A stretch of 64,000 bases of DNA from Schmidtea polychroa (GCA_044892525.1 CM097885.1:13394001-13458000), one strand, 5' to 3'; positions 44,201 to 58,777 are shown, counted from the stretch's first letter. The notes: a model not told the origin generated them from the letters alone. Program-made: numbers and translations.

Positions 44201-44360
44201 TTTATGACAACAGTTCAAGTATTTATCTCTTTAGGATCGAAGACTATTGTGTAATAATTAACATGAAATATGAATCATGTTTCAGGTATACAATAACATG
44301 CACACACGCATCAAACCATTCACGATAATTATTAATTAGGTAATGTAATTATTAGATTAC
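41270..44360 (-). mobile_element. Old Ty3/Gypsy LTR retrotransposon (decayed gag-pol, two diverged partial LTRs)
   Basis: Similar segments 41270-41388 and 44241-44360; minus-strand CA-TGGCGACC PBS at about 44166-44175; HIRRECP knuckle; MPFGIAVAPSTFQK and SPCNSPIACVAK. Confidence 0.82.
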
Positions 44361-44384
44361 TTATAATAATACTAATAATAATAC

Positions 44385-44564
<180 letters not shown>

Positions 44565-44599
44565 TAATAATAATAATAATAACAATAATAATAATAATA

Positions 44600-44680
<81 letters not shown>

Positions 44681-46441
44681 TGTAAATATATTTCGAATTA
44701 CTCCTAAGTTGACAAATGTTTAAAATCCAAAATTTTCATGAATATTTTCAGTTCTGTCTAAAAGATGGCTAATTTTTTGTCTATTGTGCTCAATTTGCGG
44801 AAACGAATTTTTCTGTTTTATAAAAGTTTAAATTAAGATTGACACAAATAATTATCGATTTTATAGAGAATTTCCGCGCAAAAAATTTTCATTGAAATTC
44901 TAATTGTTTCAAGTAAAATTGACGCTGACAAATTTCAGATAATTATTAAATTAGTAATTTTATTAATTTTAAATTGTTTATACTATTTTTATTTCTGTTA
45001 TCAGTTATCAAATTTAACATTTTCACATGAAATGTACTAATATAGATTTTGCGCTTACGTAATATGATTACGGCGATTTTATTTTTCCAAAGGCCAAATT
45101 AAATTTTAGTTACATTTATTAATATGACCACAAATATAAACGTTTTTATATAGTATTTTCCCGGGTCATAAGTCACTACTTTTTTCTTTTTTTCTTAAAT
45201 TTCTTAACGACTGTAACTAATGCGCAGTGACAACGTAAAGAAATAATAGTGGTGCTATTTGGTTTAAACAGTTTTGGTCATCCACATTTTCTTGTTTTAT
45301 TGCCATTTTATTGCTAATATTTGTTAGAGACTTCTTCGTAAAACTTTCGAATTCCTTGTAGAACTTCCGAAAACATGGTTGCATATTCTCCAGTTATTTT
45401 ACATTGTACTCTCTTGCTTGATTTTAAAATCGGTCAAACTACCCTGTACTAATTCTGAACCTTTATATTCTCCTTGAACTTTCCACTCATTAAATATCAT
45501 AAGAATAGTAAGAACTTCCTCCACAATATTCATTGTAATAAGAGACATTCAATTCTTGTTACAATCCTCAATCATAATACATAGAAGTTGTTCCATTCTA
45601 TAAATTATTTTACTTCTATTTCGTAAAGTTTGTCAGTTTAAAGACTCAGAAGAGACCTTTCCTATTTATATGTATTCTGCACATTTCCTCAAGATAATCT
45701 TAACATTAGATTGCTATCCAAGTACATTCTTCTTTAATAATTTTAAGCATTTCTTGTAACGTATTAACTTTTTCTTTTCCATGATTGGTTTATTACTATA
45801 AAAATGCAAAAATCACCAATAGGTAACGCATAACAAGAATTTTTATATAGAATGTAATTGTAATGATGGGAACAGAAATTCCAATGAAATTAATTGAAAG
45901 CGCTTGAACAAATGAAATGGAAGACTGGCACGTCTGGACAATGTGATGGCTTAGAAGAAATTACCAGTGAGTAAGTGAGTGAGGGCCGAGGAGAGATACT
46001 CTCCCTACTACTGCCGCCACCCCGCCGGTTCAGAGGAGGAGGGCAAATAATAACCATGTTAAATGATTAACCAGCCGCTTAAAGTGGGAATTAGTTTTAT
46101 TGTGTCTAGGAGCGCTAATTAAATTCGCGTTACATGAGGTTTCCCTATATGCATTAAAGTCTAAATATTATTTGAAATATCATATAACCAAATTTTGCAT
46201 TGTAAAATTATTTCTTATTTTTAATAATCAGACATATTAACATTGATAAATTTTTGTTTTCTAACTCCTATACAAAAATACTAGTAAAAAAGACTAATAG
46301 GGAGAAATATTAATGACACCGTTAGCTATTGAGTTGTAGCTCAATGGCCAATATCAAATTGGGCTGTAAATTATTTATGGAGGATAATTATTCGACTGTC
46401 TCTAACATATCAGTCCATCAAATCAAATAATAATAATAAAA

Positions 46442-46474
<33 letters not shown>

Positions 46475-46499
46475 GGTATTATTATTATTATTATTATTA

Positions 46500-46624
<125 letters not shown>

Positions 46625-47370
46625 GTGAGGTGTTTTCAGCTGAGAATTATTTATTTCAATGATTTATTAAAAAAATTTTAAATCGAATTTTTTAAATTGA
46701 CATTTTTAAATAAATATATTTTATATATCGAAATTTTAATAAATGATTTTTAAAAAATATTTTATTCAACGCTGAAAATTTGTTTGAAAATTTTACAATA
46801 TTTCATTAAATAAATACTTGGAATTATGAGGTTAACTTTTGAACCGGATTTAAAAAATAATTTAGAAGATGTGTTAGCAGCTTCTAAATGGCGACCACGT
46901 CTATGGATTTCTTCATAAAGAAGCTATTTCCAAACGATTATCATAGAGATGATGTTGAAGCATTCATTAAGGAATGCGATAAATATTTTAAAGTGGTACA
47001 AATGCCTACTTCAAGACAAGAAGTGAATTACTGATCGATAAACAGATTAGAGATATATATGCAGGAGTTGACCAAAATATCAAATGTTATAAGGAAAGAT
47101 TGCGGAAGGCATTCGTCAAGAAAACAAGTTTGGCAGAGGATTTACAATATGCTGTCTTATAGACAGATGAGTGAGCAGCCCAATAAATATTTTACTATCA
47201 TAGACGAGTTAGGCGATAAAATATTTGGGCATTAGTTGAACAAGGAAAGTTTAACAGAATATCTGCTGGTACACTGTGCAGCTGAGAAGACTTTGAAACA
47301 AGAATCGTGTCTAAGTGACACCAAGGGAACAAGAGAACTGAAGAAAAAAATCATGGTATTTGTTAGTAAG
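46625..47370 (+). mobile_element. Gypsy LTR/PBS/gag 5' remnant
   Basis: TGGCGACCAC PBS at about 46889 followed by MDFFIKKLFPNDYHRDDVEAFIKECDKYFKV; same PBS as the 41-44 kb element. Confidence 0.6.
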
Positions 47371-48760
47371 TACTTGGTATCTGATTGATAGAATTTATAT
47401 ATAATAAAACGAATCAATAATAACTATTTATTTCATACAAGTTTTACTTTGCAATAATAAGTCAGTAGTAATCAATTAAAAGAAGAATATTTTGTAAATT
47501 AAAATTAGAATTCAATTGTCTTTCATTATAATTTAAATTATCCTCAATTCCAAGTGGTGTTTTAAAGTGGTTGACAATTATTCATTTTTTGATGAAAATC
47601 ATCATTTTTGTTAAATTTAGACATTAAAAAAGGGTTTTTCTACTGATTGTAATTAAAAATATTTTTGAACACGAATAAAAAAAATTTAAAAAGCATTTGA
47701 TAAAATAGATTGAAGAATATATAGTTGATTGTAAGTATCTAATTGTTTGAGAGGTAATTAGTAAGGAGCCACTAACTTCCTACTCTATTTCTCTTTTACT
47801 TTCCTTCCTAAAATTCTTATTATTAATATTTAATTAACATGTAAACTTAAAATTTCATTTGAATTTTTCCATAATTTTGTACTTTTTTCGTATTATAAGT
47901 AAAAATAGAAATCATTTTTGAAACCTAAAATCAAATTTTTGATTAAAATTAATTTTTGAAAAGATTCATGAAAATTGATTGAGTCTTGGCTAGATGGATA
48001 TTGAAGATGGTTTTATTTTATTAAGTTTAATTTACATACTAAAATAAAAATATAAAATATAAAATAATATTTTTCCATCGCTATTGGAATAAATAAATTA
48101 AGATTGGTCAAAAAACACTCAAAAAAGTAGCCATAATAAAATTAAAATATTGATTTAAAAAATATAAACGAAGGAAAAAAAATAAAACTTAAAAATAAGA
48201 ATAAGTTGATAGTAAAATGAATACAAAACCTTGAAAAATATAATAGGACGAAAGTGTAATATTGTCAATATTGTTATGTAATTGCATATACAACTGCCAT
48301 TATTTCACATTTCAAATTTAATAATATTACATTAAAGTTTTGTCTTACGAAAGTTTATATTATAAACCATTTTTAAAAATTTAATAAAAACAGATGTGAA
48401 AACAGAAACACTTTTTGACACCTGAAACCAAATTTTGATTAAAATTATTTATTATTCAAAAATAATTTTTAAATATAATTTCTGTAAATATCTTTCCATC
48501 TTTCTATTCCAGTTCAGACTCTAAATATAATATTAATACCAAATTTAGTCTGCTATTTTCACCGAATTTCGTTCTTCATTTTGAAATTATTTTAATTGTA
48601 TAATTAGAAGCAAAATTTAATTATCTTTACTTATGCTAATCAAGTAGCAGATGTACTCGTCTAGCAAAATTAGTTTTAATTATTAAAATTTTATTGTTTT
48701 ATATATTTTAAATTCTAATATAATAATAATAATAATAATAATATTAATAATAATAATAAC

Positions 48761-48914
<154 letters not shown>

Positions 48915-48969
48915 TTGTTGTAAATTTTTTTTATGCGGATGTCTAACATTTGAATAATATAAACATTAC

Positions 48970-49110
48970 AAGCTTTGTGATGCCCAGTGCTAATCCCAAT
49001 AGTAGACTAGTTTCAAGCTTTTGGCTCTCATCAGTACTATGCAGGAGACGCGAAGATTTCTCTTCGCGCCAGGTAAGTATACAATATTGCTGATTCAACT
49101 CTATTGCATA
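48970..49110 (-). ncRNA. U1-5'-motif / GAAA hairpin / type I hammerhead repeat, copy B (intact core)
   Basis: Minus strand: ATACTTACCT-GGCGCGAAGA GAAA TCTTCGCGTC-...ATAGTA CTGATGA GAGC CAAAA GCTT GAAA CTAG TC TACTAT. Confidence 0.85.
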
Positions 49111-49159
49111 GTAATATTGATAATAATAATGATAATAAATATAATAATAATAATAATAC

Positions 49160-50230
49160 TAATTTTCCAATTTCACCACTGATTAATTTTTCCATTGAAT
49201 TTATTAAAAAGAGAGCTTGAAGACTATAAATCAGTAACATATCGATGTTTTTTGATACTCACAAATTTTCGGCACTGCCTTTTTCAAGTGAATTTACATC
49301 ACAAAAATCTGTGCTTGTTGATATAAATCAATTCCGTTAGTCGACAGTTATCCAGAACTTGAGAACGGAGTTTTTTTTGTTTAGGTTTACATTTCAATGT
49401 TGGAAGGTGGTATCTAATTCCTGTTTTATAACTTCGTGTTTATTAGTGGATTTCAATTCTTACTTAGATGGTGTTCGGATCTTGGTTATGAATATTTATG
49501 TCATGGGTGCAATGCCACATATATTGTAATGACTGTCCGTCATCTCTGTTTTCAAGTTCCTGATCACTATAGACTGAAGGAATTGATTAATATTAGTAAA
49601 CACAATTTTGTGAAAAATTTATTAAAATGTTGTTTGATTTCAACTTTTGTGAGTTTTAAAATTTTTAAAATTTTAAAACTTTTATAATTTTTAAAGTTTG
49701 AATTGAAAAACAGAATTTTGTGAATTTTTAGCGAAATTAATTTTAAAATTATTAATGAATTAGTTAAATAGTTTGTTTAAAAACAGCAATTTATATTGAT
49801 TTAGTTTGATTTTCAATTCTACCTGAAGATGACAGTGATTCTGTCGAAATATATTGTAGTAAAATATATATATATATTGGATTTGGTGTTTTTTGTTATA
49901 TTTAAGTCAGTGCGATTGTTTGGTGATTGTTATAATAAATTTAAACAATAAGTGAAAATATTATAAAAAGCATTTTTAAAAGAATTTTGAAACAATAACT
50001 ATTCAATGTCAGAATTTAAAAATTCCAAGTAAGATGTCCAATAAGTACTTAGACTCGACAGTAAATAATTATTTATAAAATAGATATTGTAGATTTTTAT
50101 ACTTACTAAAGGCAGTGCCGAAAATTCATGAATATCAAAAAACATCGATATATTTACTGATTCATAGTCAAGCTTTTTAATAAATACAATGTCAATTGAA
50201 AAGAAATCAGTGGTGAAAATTGAAAAAAGT
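49160..50230. mobile_element. Penelope-like remnants: ~130-bp inverted repeats around a GIY-YIG fragment
   Basis: 49160-49283 is an inverted homolog of 50108-50230; YEYLCHGCNATYI...TVRHL at about 49490-49570. Confidence 0.6.
49819..49859 (+). ncRNA. Minimal type I hammerhead ribozyme (Penelope-associated)
   Basis: CTAC-CTGAAGAT-GACAG TGATT CTGTC-GAAA-TATA-TT-GTAG: stems I and II pair, palindromic stem III. Confidence 0.75.
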
Positions 50231-51282
50231 TCTTATAATATTTTACTTACATAAATATAGATAATGAAAAGTGTTTTGTCTTTCTGAAATACTAATCACA
50301 TCTAATACATCTTTGAGCTTATAAATGATTGTCTTGGGGCAGTATGGTATTTTCCTTTATAATTAAAGAATTATCCGGTTCTCAAGGCATTTATAAAATT
50401 TTAATATTTTATTGCATTTAAATTTAAGATTTTATATTTGTAAAAAAATTCTTTATAAATAATACATATATAAACAGAGTAGAACGAAGAGATATAATAA
50501 AAACAAATACAATTTTATTAAATTTTGACATAAATATTATCTATAAAATTTGCGATGGAATTCCGTGCAATTCCGAAACAAACCAGTTTTATTGAGGGAA
50601 ATTCATTTAGTTGATGGAAATTTCGCCCAGGAATTCGCTCGTAATTCAATTAAAATCCGGTGAGTATGATTTAGATTAACCAGCAATTTAAACAAAACAA
50701 GTTACTGTTTAATATAATATTAAGTAAAGTAAATTATTCGACTAAATTCCTGTAAATTTCAGACGGCTTCCAGTTGACGCCCAGAATATAATAAGACAAG
50801 ACATTTATAAAAATATTACTATATATTTCCACATCACAGGAAAATTTAAGGGGGAACTGAATAACTCTTTTTTTCTTTTATTTCAAAATAATTAGTATTA
50901 AATATTATTATATTAATTTCAACTAATCATGTTGTAATTATTCAAATATTAACGGGAAATATTATTGGTGTTGTCGGATTATTTAGATTAATTATTCGTC
51001 AGTATTACAACTTTGTTATAACTGATTGTTTATGTTTATGACATAAATTGTAATTAAATAAATAATGATTATGCAATTCGATTGTATTTTACAATTAGTA
51101 AAACTATTTTTCTGTGTTGGAGTCAATAAAAAATTCTTTAATAATTAAAATCGAATAAAATGAGAAATTGAAGAAAAAAGAACTGGAAAATTAGTCAAAA
51201 ATAAAATTTACAAGACTAAGCTATTCAGTTTCAAATTTTTTCACCTTGAGGCTTTCTTGGATGCTTCCTTGGGGCTTTAGGA

Positions 51283-51493
51283 CAGTGATGCGCAGTTTTT
51301 TACGTATTGCGACCCTCTTTTTTAAATAAAAAATTTATTCGACCCCATCTAGCAAAATTTATTGAAAAATTCATAAAAATTGAATGTTTAATTTATAAAT
51401 GCCTCTACAATTTAGCAGGCTTCATACTTTTGGTAGCTAGTTTTTCCAAACATATAACGCATAATAGACCCCTCTTGACTTTACGCATTACTG
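51283..51493. mobile_element. hAT-type MITE
   Basis: CAGTGATGCG / CGCATTACTG ends; flanks CTTTAGGA and GTGTAGGA (6/8 match). Confidence 0.5.
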
Positions 51494-53671
51494 GTGTAGG
51501 AGGATTAGCCAGTAGTTAAAAATTAAATGTTATTGAAAAGATATATTTCACATTATATATGTAGAGCAATGGTGCTCAGGCTTTTTTAACTGTGGCCTAT
51601 TTTTAAATTACGAAAAATTATTTAAATTGTATAATGGATCTTATCGTCTTGATACTTAAATAAAAAAAACAATAAACAAGTGAATAATTAACAAAAATTA
51701 TTTTATCCAAAGTTGAAATTAATAATTAATCCAATTTGTAATTGAAATAAAATTAATTAGGATTTTTGAAAAATTAAAATTATGAAGTTGCCTAATTTTT
51801 CCAAATTATGATGAAATAATTCAATAATAACACAAACACTTGATAAATTTGATAAACAGCTGACAATTAACCCGATTAATATGGCAATATAAAATCAATA
51901 CTAACAATATTTATTTCATAACATTTAACACTAAAATGAATTTATTTAATTTTACATCTTTTTTTATGAATTCATACGAGGAAAAATCATATTCTTTTTA
52001 ATTAAATATTCAAACAAAGAAATAATTTAGAATCATTTTTCATTTATGAAGATTTTCAATTTTCTGATGAATTTTGTGTTATTTGTAAAATAAATCATTC
52101 GTTTATTCTATTATTTTGAATAATTAAATCTAAATTAAAAATTAAAAATTACGAAATATTGTGTATATTTTGGGACCGCTCTGAAAGACGTGGAGGGTCA
52201 CATGCGGCCCACGGCCAGTAGGTTGGTCTATTGTAAATGTTGTGTTCGGACCTCAAATATATTTTGTCATTCATATATTTAAATTAATAAGATCTTATAA
52301 AGATTCTTAATCCGAAAATGTCGGTGATATGTATCTATTTATTTTGACAGGTATTATATGAGTGTACCCATTGATGGTATGTTTGTTCGATTTAAGGTGC
52401 TGATATTGCCTCTGAGATGGTAAAAGCTGAGCTCTAATACATCTTCGCAAAATTCGACTAAAAAGTTCTTTCTTGTATATTTTGGCACCCAATATGAAAC
52501 CTTCAATAATTAATTAATTAATTTTATGACAGTTAGATATCTTGTTGTTTAAATAATTTGGAATTGGCGGATTTTGTGAATTAATTAAAACTTGTTATTT
52601 ATAAATTCATTGAATAAATATATATTGTTAGTTTCAAGATTTTTCTGCGAGATTTAAAGATGGATCTAAAGATGGATTTAACTATGACATTTGACAGTTT
52701 AATATTTGAAAATTAAACACTGAAAATCAGTATTTACAAAACAACAAAAGCCTGTCTAGCAAATTATTTATTTACAAAATCCGTTAGAAAAATGTTTTTA
52801 TAAACTTTATTTAGGAAGATAACTAAATTATTCACGAATTAATAAATTGTTGAACTTGGGTCGAGAATGTACAAAGATTGAGGATGAGAACGATGTTATT
52901 GACGAAGGTGCTTCCAACATAAACCAAACCCGATACTTGCGGTTTTCTCGTCGTTAAAGTATCCCTTTAACCATTTTAACTTCATTAATAATTTCTTTGC
53001 CATTTTTTTATTTTTTATATTGCCATATTTTATACACGCAAAGAGTTCAATTCAGTATTTTAAAATATATCAGTAAATTTCTTTATCTTTTTGTTCACAT
53101 TTTATCTGTTTTTATTTTATTCTAACATTTCATTAATTTCCATTACAACTATGGATCAAAAAATCATTTTCCTATGTGATATAGAGAAATAAAGTTTTGA
53201 CTTGCAGTTACAATGGCTAACTATTACAGCTAACTATAAAAATAGTTTAATAAAATTTTATTTTGATTTAAAAAATTGATAATGATAAAAAAAGTTAGAA
53301 GCCACTGCTATGCAATAATATGGTGAGATTCTTTTAATGATGTTGGTTACTTAGGGGTGTGTCATTTTAAATTTTTAAATGCATTAGGGGTAATCATATA
53401 TATTCACTCGACTCTTTCCTAAGCACCTCCATGACTATTGCAATTTAACCATTTGTGTACCGATGGCGACGACCATGTTGGTATTGTACACAAAGGCGAA
53501 AAAACAATGAGCAGGTGAGCTCTATTGCTAAAACTACTCCCCATTGTATTTTCTCTTCGGGTTCTAGACGGCCGATAGAAGGTCTTACGTCATTGATCAT
53601 TTTCTATTTTTACTTTTCTATCTCATTCGGTTATGGTCTTCATTTCTAGTTGTTTTTTATTCTTTCCTTTC

Positions 53672-53955
53672 AAAATTTTGTGCAGGGATGCGCCCTTATT
53701 TTTCTATTACTAAAGGTTGCTAGGTATTTCTTTTGATATTTATGAATATTTAAACTATCTCGCAAAAAAATTTGAGCAGGGATCGGCCCTTATTTTCCAG
53801 CTAATAATTATTGTTCCACACTTCCTACAATATCTAAATTATCCTTTGAAAAATTTGAGCAGGGATTGGCCCTTATTTTCAAGTTAATCCACGCTTCCCA
53901 TAATATTTAAGTTATACTTCAAAAAATTTGAGCAGGGATCTGCCTGTATTCTCAG
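53672..53955. repeat. Degenerate tandem repeat, four units with core AAAATTTGAGCAGGGATNNGCCCTTATTTT
   Basis: Cores at about 53672, 53766, 53849, 53922; the intervening sequences resemble one another. Confidence 0.8.
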
Positions 53956-55291
53956 TCCTAACCTACATTTGACCACGGTACTTCCAGCGATAGGACCCGT
54001 GAGGAAGCCCCCACATTCCGGCCCAATCCAGCTGCGCGATTGAAAAACCAGCATACCCACCAGTCTGAGCATCCCGAAGGTACCTCAAACCATGATATGC
54101 TGAATCTCAATTCAGCGGTACTAACGTTCGTAATCAGTTAGTATAAAAATTGAACACAATAAAATTATTATTTAATATCTGCAACTAAATGAAATTTAAC
54201 AATTAAAAGAAAATAACAAAAGAAAATTTAACTAAAAATTTTATTGCATATTAAATTTAATCATCTCGTAAAATTACTACAACAATAAAAAAATAAATTA
54301 CCAAATCCACGTTGGCATAAAATCGAAAACTGAGAGCTTCACTGTCTACAACTAAATTTTGATGTTAGAGAAAAAGTAGTAGTTTTAAATGAATTTGTGA
54401 TCAGTATTTATACTGATTTTTCATGCATTTGCTGCCACTCTATCCAATCAGAGTGCGAGAAATTCTGAATTAGTCTTGCATACATGCATGAGTGTGTGCA
54501 ATTGTTTATTTGTTTTAATTCACTAAATTTAATTAATTTCTTATTTAATTTTTATTAATTTTAATTTTATAAATTTTATAATTTAAATAATTTGAGTTAT
54601 ATTAATTTTTATTAATTTAAACATTTTTATTCTTTAAATTTAATAAGTTAAATAACCATTTAATTCTATAAACTTTACAATTTATATAATGCTAACTAAT
54701 TTTATTATTTTTGACGATTTTATTTTTATATTGTTTAAATAATTTTCAACTAATTCTATTTTATATTTTATTATTTTTCTATTTAAATTTTTAAGTGTTG
54801 AATTTTTTGTTAAATTTATTTATCTCTTATTCTATTATACAGGGTTTATTGGTTCTTAATGTGTGATGTAATTTATTTCATTTATTTTAAATTAGATCTT
54901 GATCATAGATTATTTTCAAATTTGTGGTTTTTGTGTTAGGTATTTTCGATCGATTAAAACAAACTCTCAGTTCTCGTTTTCAGCCCAACAATGAGAAAAA
55001 TGTATCTCAATCAAGGACATTGTCGATTTCAAAAGTCCGTATCTCAATTTTTAGCGGATAATTGCTTAATAAAGAGAAACTGGCGTGTAAATTGATCAGT
55101 GAAATGTGTTTATGTGCAGAATAAATTTTATTCAATATACGCTAGGTGAATTTTTGAGTTGTTATTTTGTTACAAATGGGGCCTGAATTTAAATTGTATT
55201 ACAGTCCGCGGATAAATAGGTAATCACGAAACATGTACAGAAATATTGTAAATATGAAGTAGTAACAACAAACAAGTATATACATATAATA

Positions 55292-56233
55292 CACCTAACT
55301 GCGGAAGTTAACATTGTCTATAATATACGTTGATGTGCACACCAGTCGAGGTGAGTCACCATATATATGACAATGTTAACTTAATTTCATTTTTTCAATT
55401 TTTCAAAATTCGTTTTAAGGTAAGTTTTCGAATTTAAGTAATTTTTAGGACTTGAATTTTGATTTTATATAATTATGAGATCATTATTCAAGTTCTTAAA
55501 TATTACTGTTAGTCAGCATTTATAATATAACATTGATAATTAAATTTCAGGTGTTTTTTTAGGAATTTTATGATATTTTATTTGGATTTATTTCGTAAAA
55601 ATGTAAGTCAGATATTTTTATAATTATAAATAAATAAAGTAATCACCAAACATTTATTTTTTTAAGAGATTTAGGAAAGAATGGATAAAATAGTTTTTTA
55701 AGATTTTGTAATCTTCTTTCGAATTTTGTCTATTTCTGTAATTCTATGAAAATATTAATTTATTAAAATTTACGATTTGCGATTTTTTTCCTGCAAATTC
55801 AAAGATGTCGAAGGACCTTCTTCAATACCTGTAAATCTAAAGAAATTTTATATTCTAAATTATTTTATAATTAAATCTTACGATGTATTTTCTTCTTTTT
55901 CTCTGAAGCTCAAGGTAGAGCAGTCGGAATCTGATTCTAAAGGTTTTTTGTGCATAACTTTTTAAATAATTTGAAAATATTAATATGTTAATTATATTTT
56001 AATCAATGTTAATTTCGCAAAAAAACACTTTACTTAATTTTGTATATATTTTTCATTATGTGTGCTGTGTTTGTATGCTTAATTATTTTCTCTCACTTTT
56101 TAGATTCCTATAATAAATATGTTAACTTTCGCAGCATTAACTTTTTACACACAGGTAAGTTTGTGTGTTCCTATAATATATATTTATTGATTTTTTTTAG
56201 ATTATAGACAATGCTAACTTTCGCAGTTAGGTG
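55292..56233. mobile_element. Tc1/mariner-type non-autonomous element, copy 2 (complete)
   Basis: TA|CACCTAACTGCGGAAGTTAACATTGTCTA ... TAGACAATGCTAACTTTCGCAGTTAGGTG|TA. Confidence 0.9.
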
Positions 56234-56420
56234 TATATATTATTTCTAAAATTAATTGTAAAGCACAAACATGTGCAGACGGACTTTACTTTCAGTTTTA
56301 TGAAATGCACAAATATGTGCACACAGATTGTAATGTGTTAATTACATTTGTACAAATTATTAGAATTTTAAAATGTTCTATAACAAAAAGGGTAAACTTT
56401 TCATAGTTTTATTTTTCTAG

Positions 56421-56594
56421 GTACCATTTGCAGAAATAACTTCCAAAACTCTTTGTCTTCATATTTACGATTTTGACAGATTCTCTAAGCATGACCAAAT
56501 TGGTCAGTTGGAAATTCCATTGGGTTCAATAGATCTGTGTCAGGTTGTACAGGAATGGAAAGAACTTGAACCAAGCAAAGATAGCTCTGAAAAA
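56421..56594 (+). CDS. Syt1: Synaptotagmin-1-like, second half of C2A
   Basis: VPFAEITSKTLCLHIYDFDRFSKHDQIGQLEIPLGSIDLCQVVQEWKELEPSKDSSEK; with the previous exon all five C2A Ca2+-ligand aspartates are present. Confidence 0.96.
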
Positions 56595-56647
56595 GTAGAT
56601 TAATTAATATTTCTGTGTTAATTTGTTAGGATTAATAATAATATATT

Positions 56648-57462
56648 CAGTCGCGTAGTTATGGGGTGACCCACACCAGATGTCACCCGTTTGAAAGTGA
56701 CACACGACCGCTATTGAAAAAAATTAATATCTTACAAAAAACCATGAAATGAAATAACCGCTAAAAATCTATAGGTTTATTATATCTTTGTGTAGCTTCC
56801 TATGGAATGATCTATAAAGTTATTCTAAATCTGTGACACTAGCGCTACATTTGTACGATGTGATCTGTGACGCTGCTGACTGCGACTGTGTAGTCTAGAG
56901 AATAGATGAGCACGCAACTTTGTCATCTAAGATAACTCGGCCTCGGCTGTCAGCTGCTCATTTCATATGGAATTGGATATTTTGATGTGAAAATATTGTG
57001 TACAGTTTTTTTTACTTATAGCATATTGCATTCATTTGTGTGGTATAAATTATGTTAAAGTCAGCCAAATATTCTTTACAAATAAAGATGTAGACAATCA
57101 AAACTGGTCGGTGTTGCTACAGAAAGATAGATTATGTATATGTCAAAGTACCTCCCTATTAATAGTAGAAAAATCAAACAGTCAACTGAAGAACGTTATA
57201 AAAATTGGTTAATATCAAAATTTAATAATCGTCTGTTATTAGCCTATTACTATTATCCTTAACAATTTATACTTTCAACCAAATTTACTTAATATTTGGA
57301 ATATATTTATGATACTTGATTAATAGTTTTGTAATTTGTTCATCAACGACTTATAATTTTTTATATGTTTACTTAAATTGTTGTATTAAAATCATACTTC
57401 ACGCTTACCTGATTTTTTTCTTTTACATTCGAGGAGTGTCACATATGCTCGTTACGCCACTT
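56648..57462. mobile_element. Probable hAT-type MITE
   Basis: CAGTCGCGTA start and TACGCCACT end, GTCAC/GTGAC subterminal motifs; no clean TSD. Confidence 0.4.
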
Positions 57463-58777
57463 TGGTTACGAAGCCACTTTTAATTGTTTATAAATTCAAT
57501 TCATTCGATTTACTATGTTTGATTAAACAAGTTTTATAAAACAAATCATAAATAATTTTTTTTAAGTATCTAATAAGCCAGTTGGGTCTGTGAAATGTTT
57601 AGCTGTTCATGAAGTTTTTTGTTTAGAAAATATTATTTTTTAATTTAATATTTCCACCATATGTATGTTTCAGAAAATGGGAGAACTAGGAACTGCAGCA
57701 GTGCTTACTAATGTAATAATAATAAATAAAATTCGTTCGAATTTAGATGCTCAACTTCCACATTCATATGGGGCAGCCCTGGGTCCATGATAGTCCTGAA
57801 ATTTTCAGTAACTTTTGGACATTTTCATGAAGGCATATTCAGTAATCACAATGTTTTTTCTTAATATAATATTAACTCCTTTTCATATTGTAAAGCAGTT
57901 GAAAGACCAAAAATAGTACTTTAATTTTTCGTAAGGAAACCAAAAAATTATGTTGGCCAACTAATGTTTTTAACATTAAATGTAACCAACAACCAGACGT
58001 AAGTAACATACCTTATTTAGCAGCAGGGATCTATTGAAGAGCACGTCATGCATTCCGTATATCTACAAAAGGCAAAAATTACACAGTTCCTGAAAAACAA
58101 GGACCATAACAGTCCGTAAAATTTACTCTGCCTAATTTTGAAATAATTTTAAAAAATTTTCTTTTTGGGAGAGTACAAATTACTATACTAACCATCCCCG
58201 GCGCAATAGTGCATCCGTCTGAGACTAACTTCATCAACAATTTATCCTCTAAATATATTTGAGAAGTTTCAACTGATTCAATGATATTTAGCGTAGCTAT
58301 TTTATGAAATAAAACTTTAAAATGTTTTCATTATTTTTAAATACATATTGAGGTTCTAGTTGATTAAAACTAAATTTATCGTACTAGTCATAATGACTGG
58401 TTATAACTTTTATGGTAAAAATCCTCTGTTAAAAATGGGTAAATCAAAAAAAATAATGTCATGACTTTTATAGATATATGTAAGTAATTAATATCATGAA
58501 TAATTTTATTTTTCAATTTTAATACTAAGAAAAATAAATCTGTGTTATACCTATTTATACCGACACCAGTCATTTTGATTGGTGCCATTATCAAAGCGGC
58601 CGACGACAATAAAAGCGTAGCCGGCTACAATAAACATAAACAACTTTGATATTGATATCATATATTGATATATTTGAGGTAACAGAAATAAAAATTACCT
58701 TTTTATGAATTATTAGCTGTTTAGCGAGACTTTATTATTTGTACAATGGAATCTATTTTTAGCATCGATTCCACAAA

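Noticed and set aside
53672..53955. CRISPR-like repeat-spacer pattern
   Set aside because: The spacers resemble each other, the context is eukaryotic and there are no cas genes; it is a degenerate tandem repeat.
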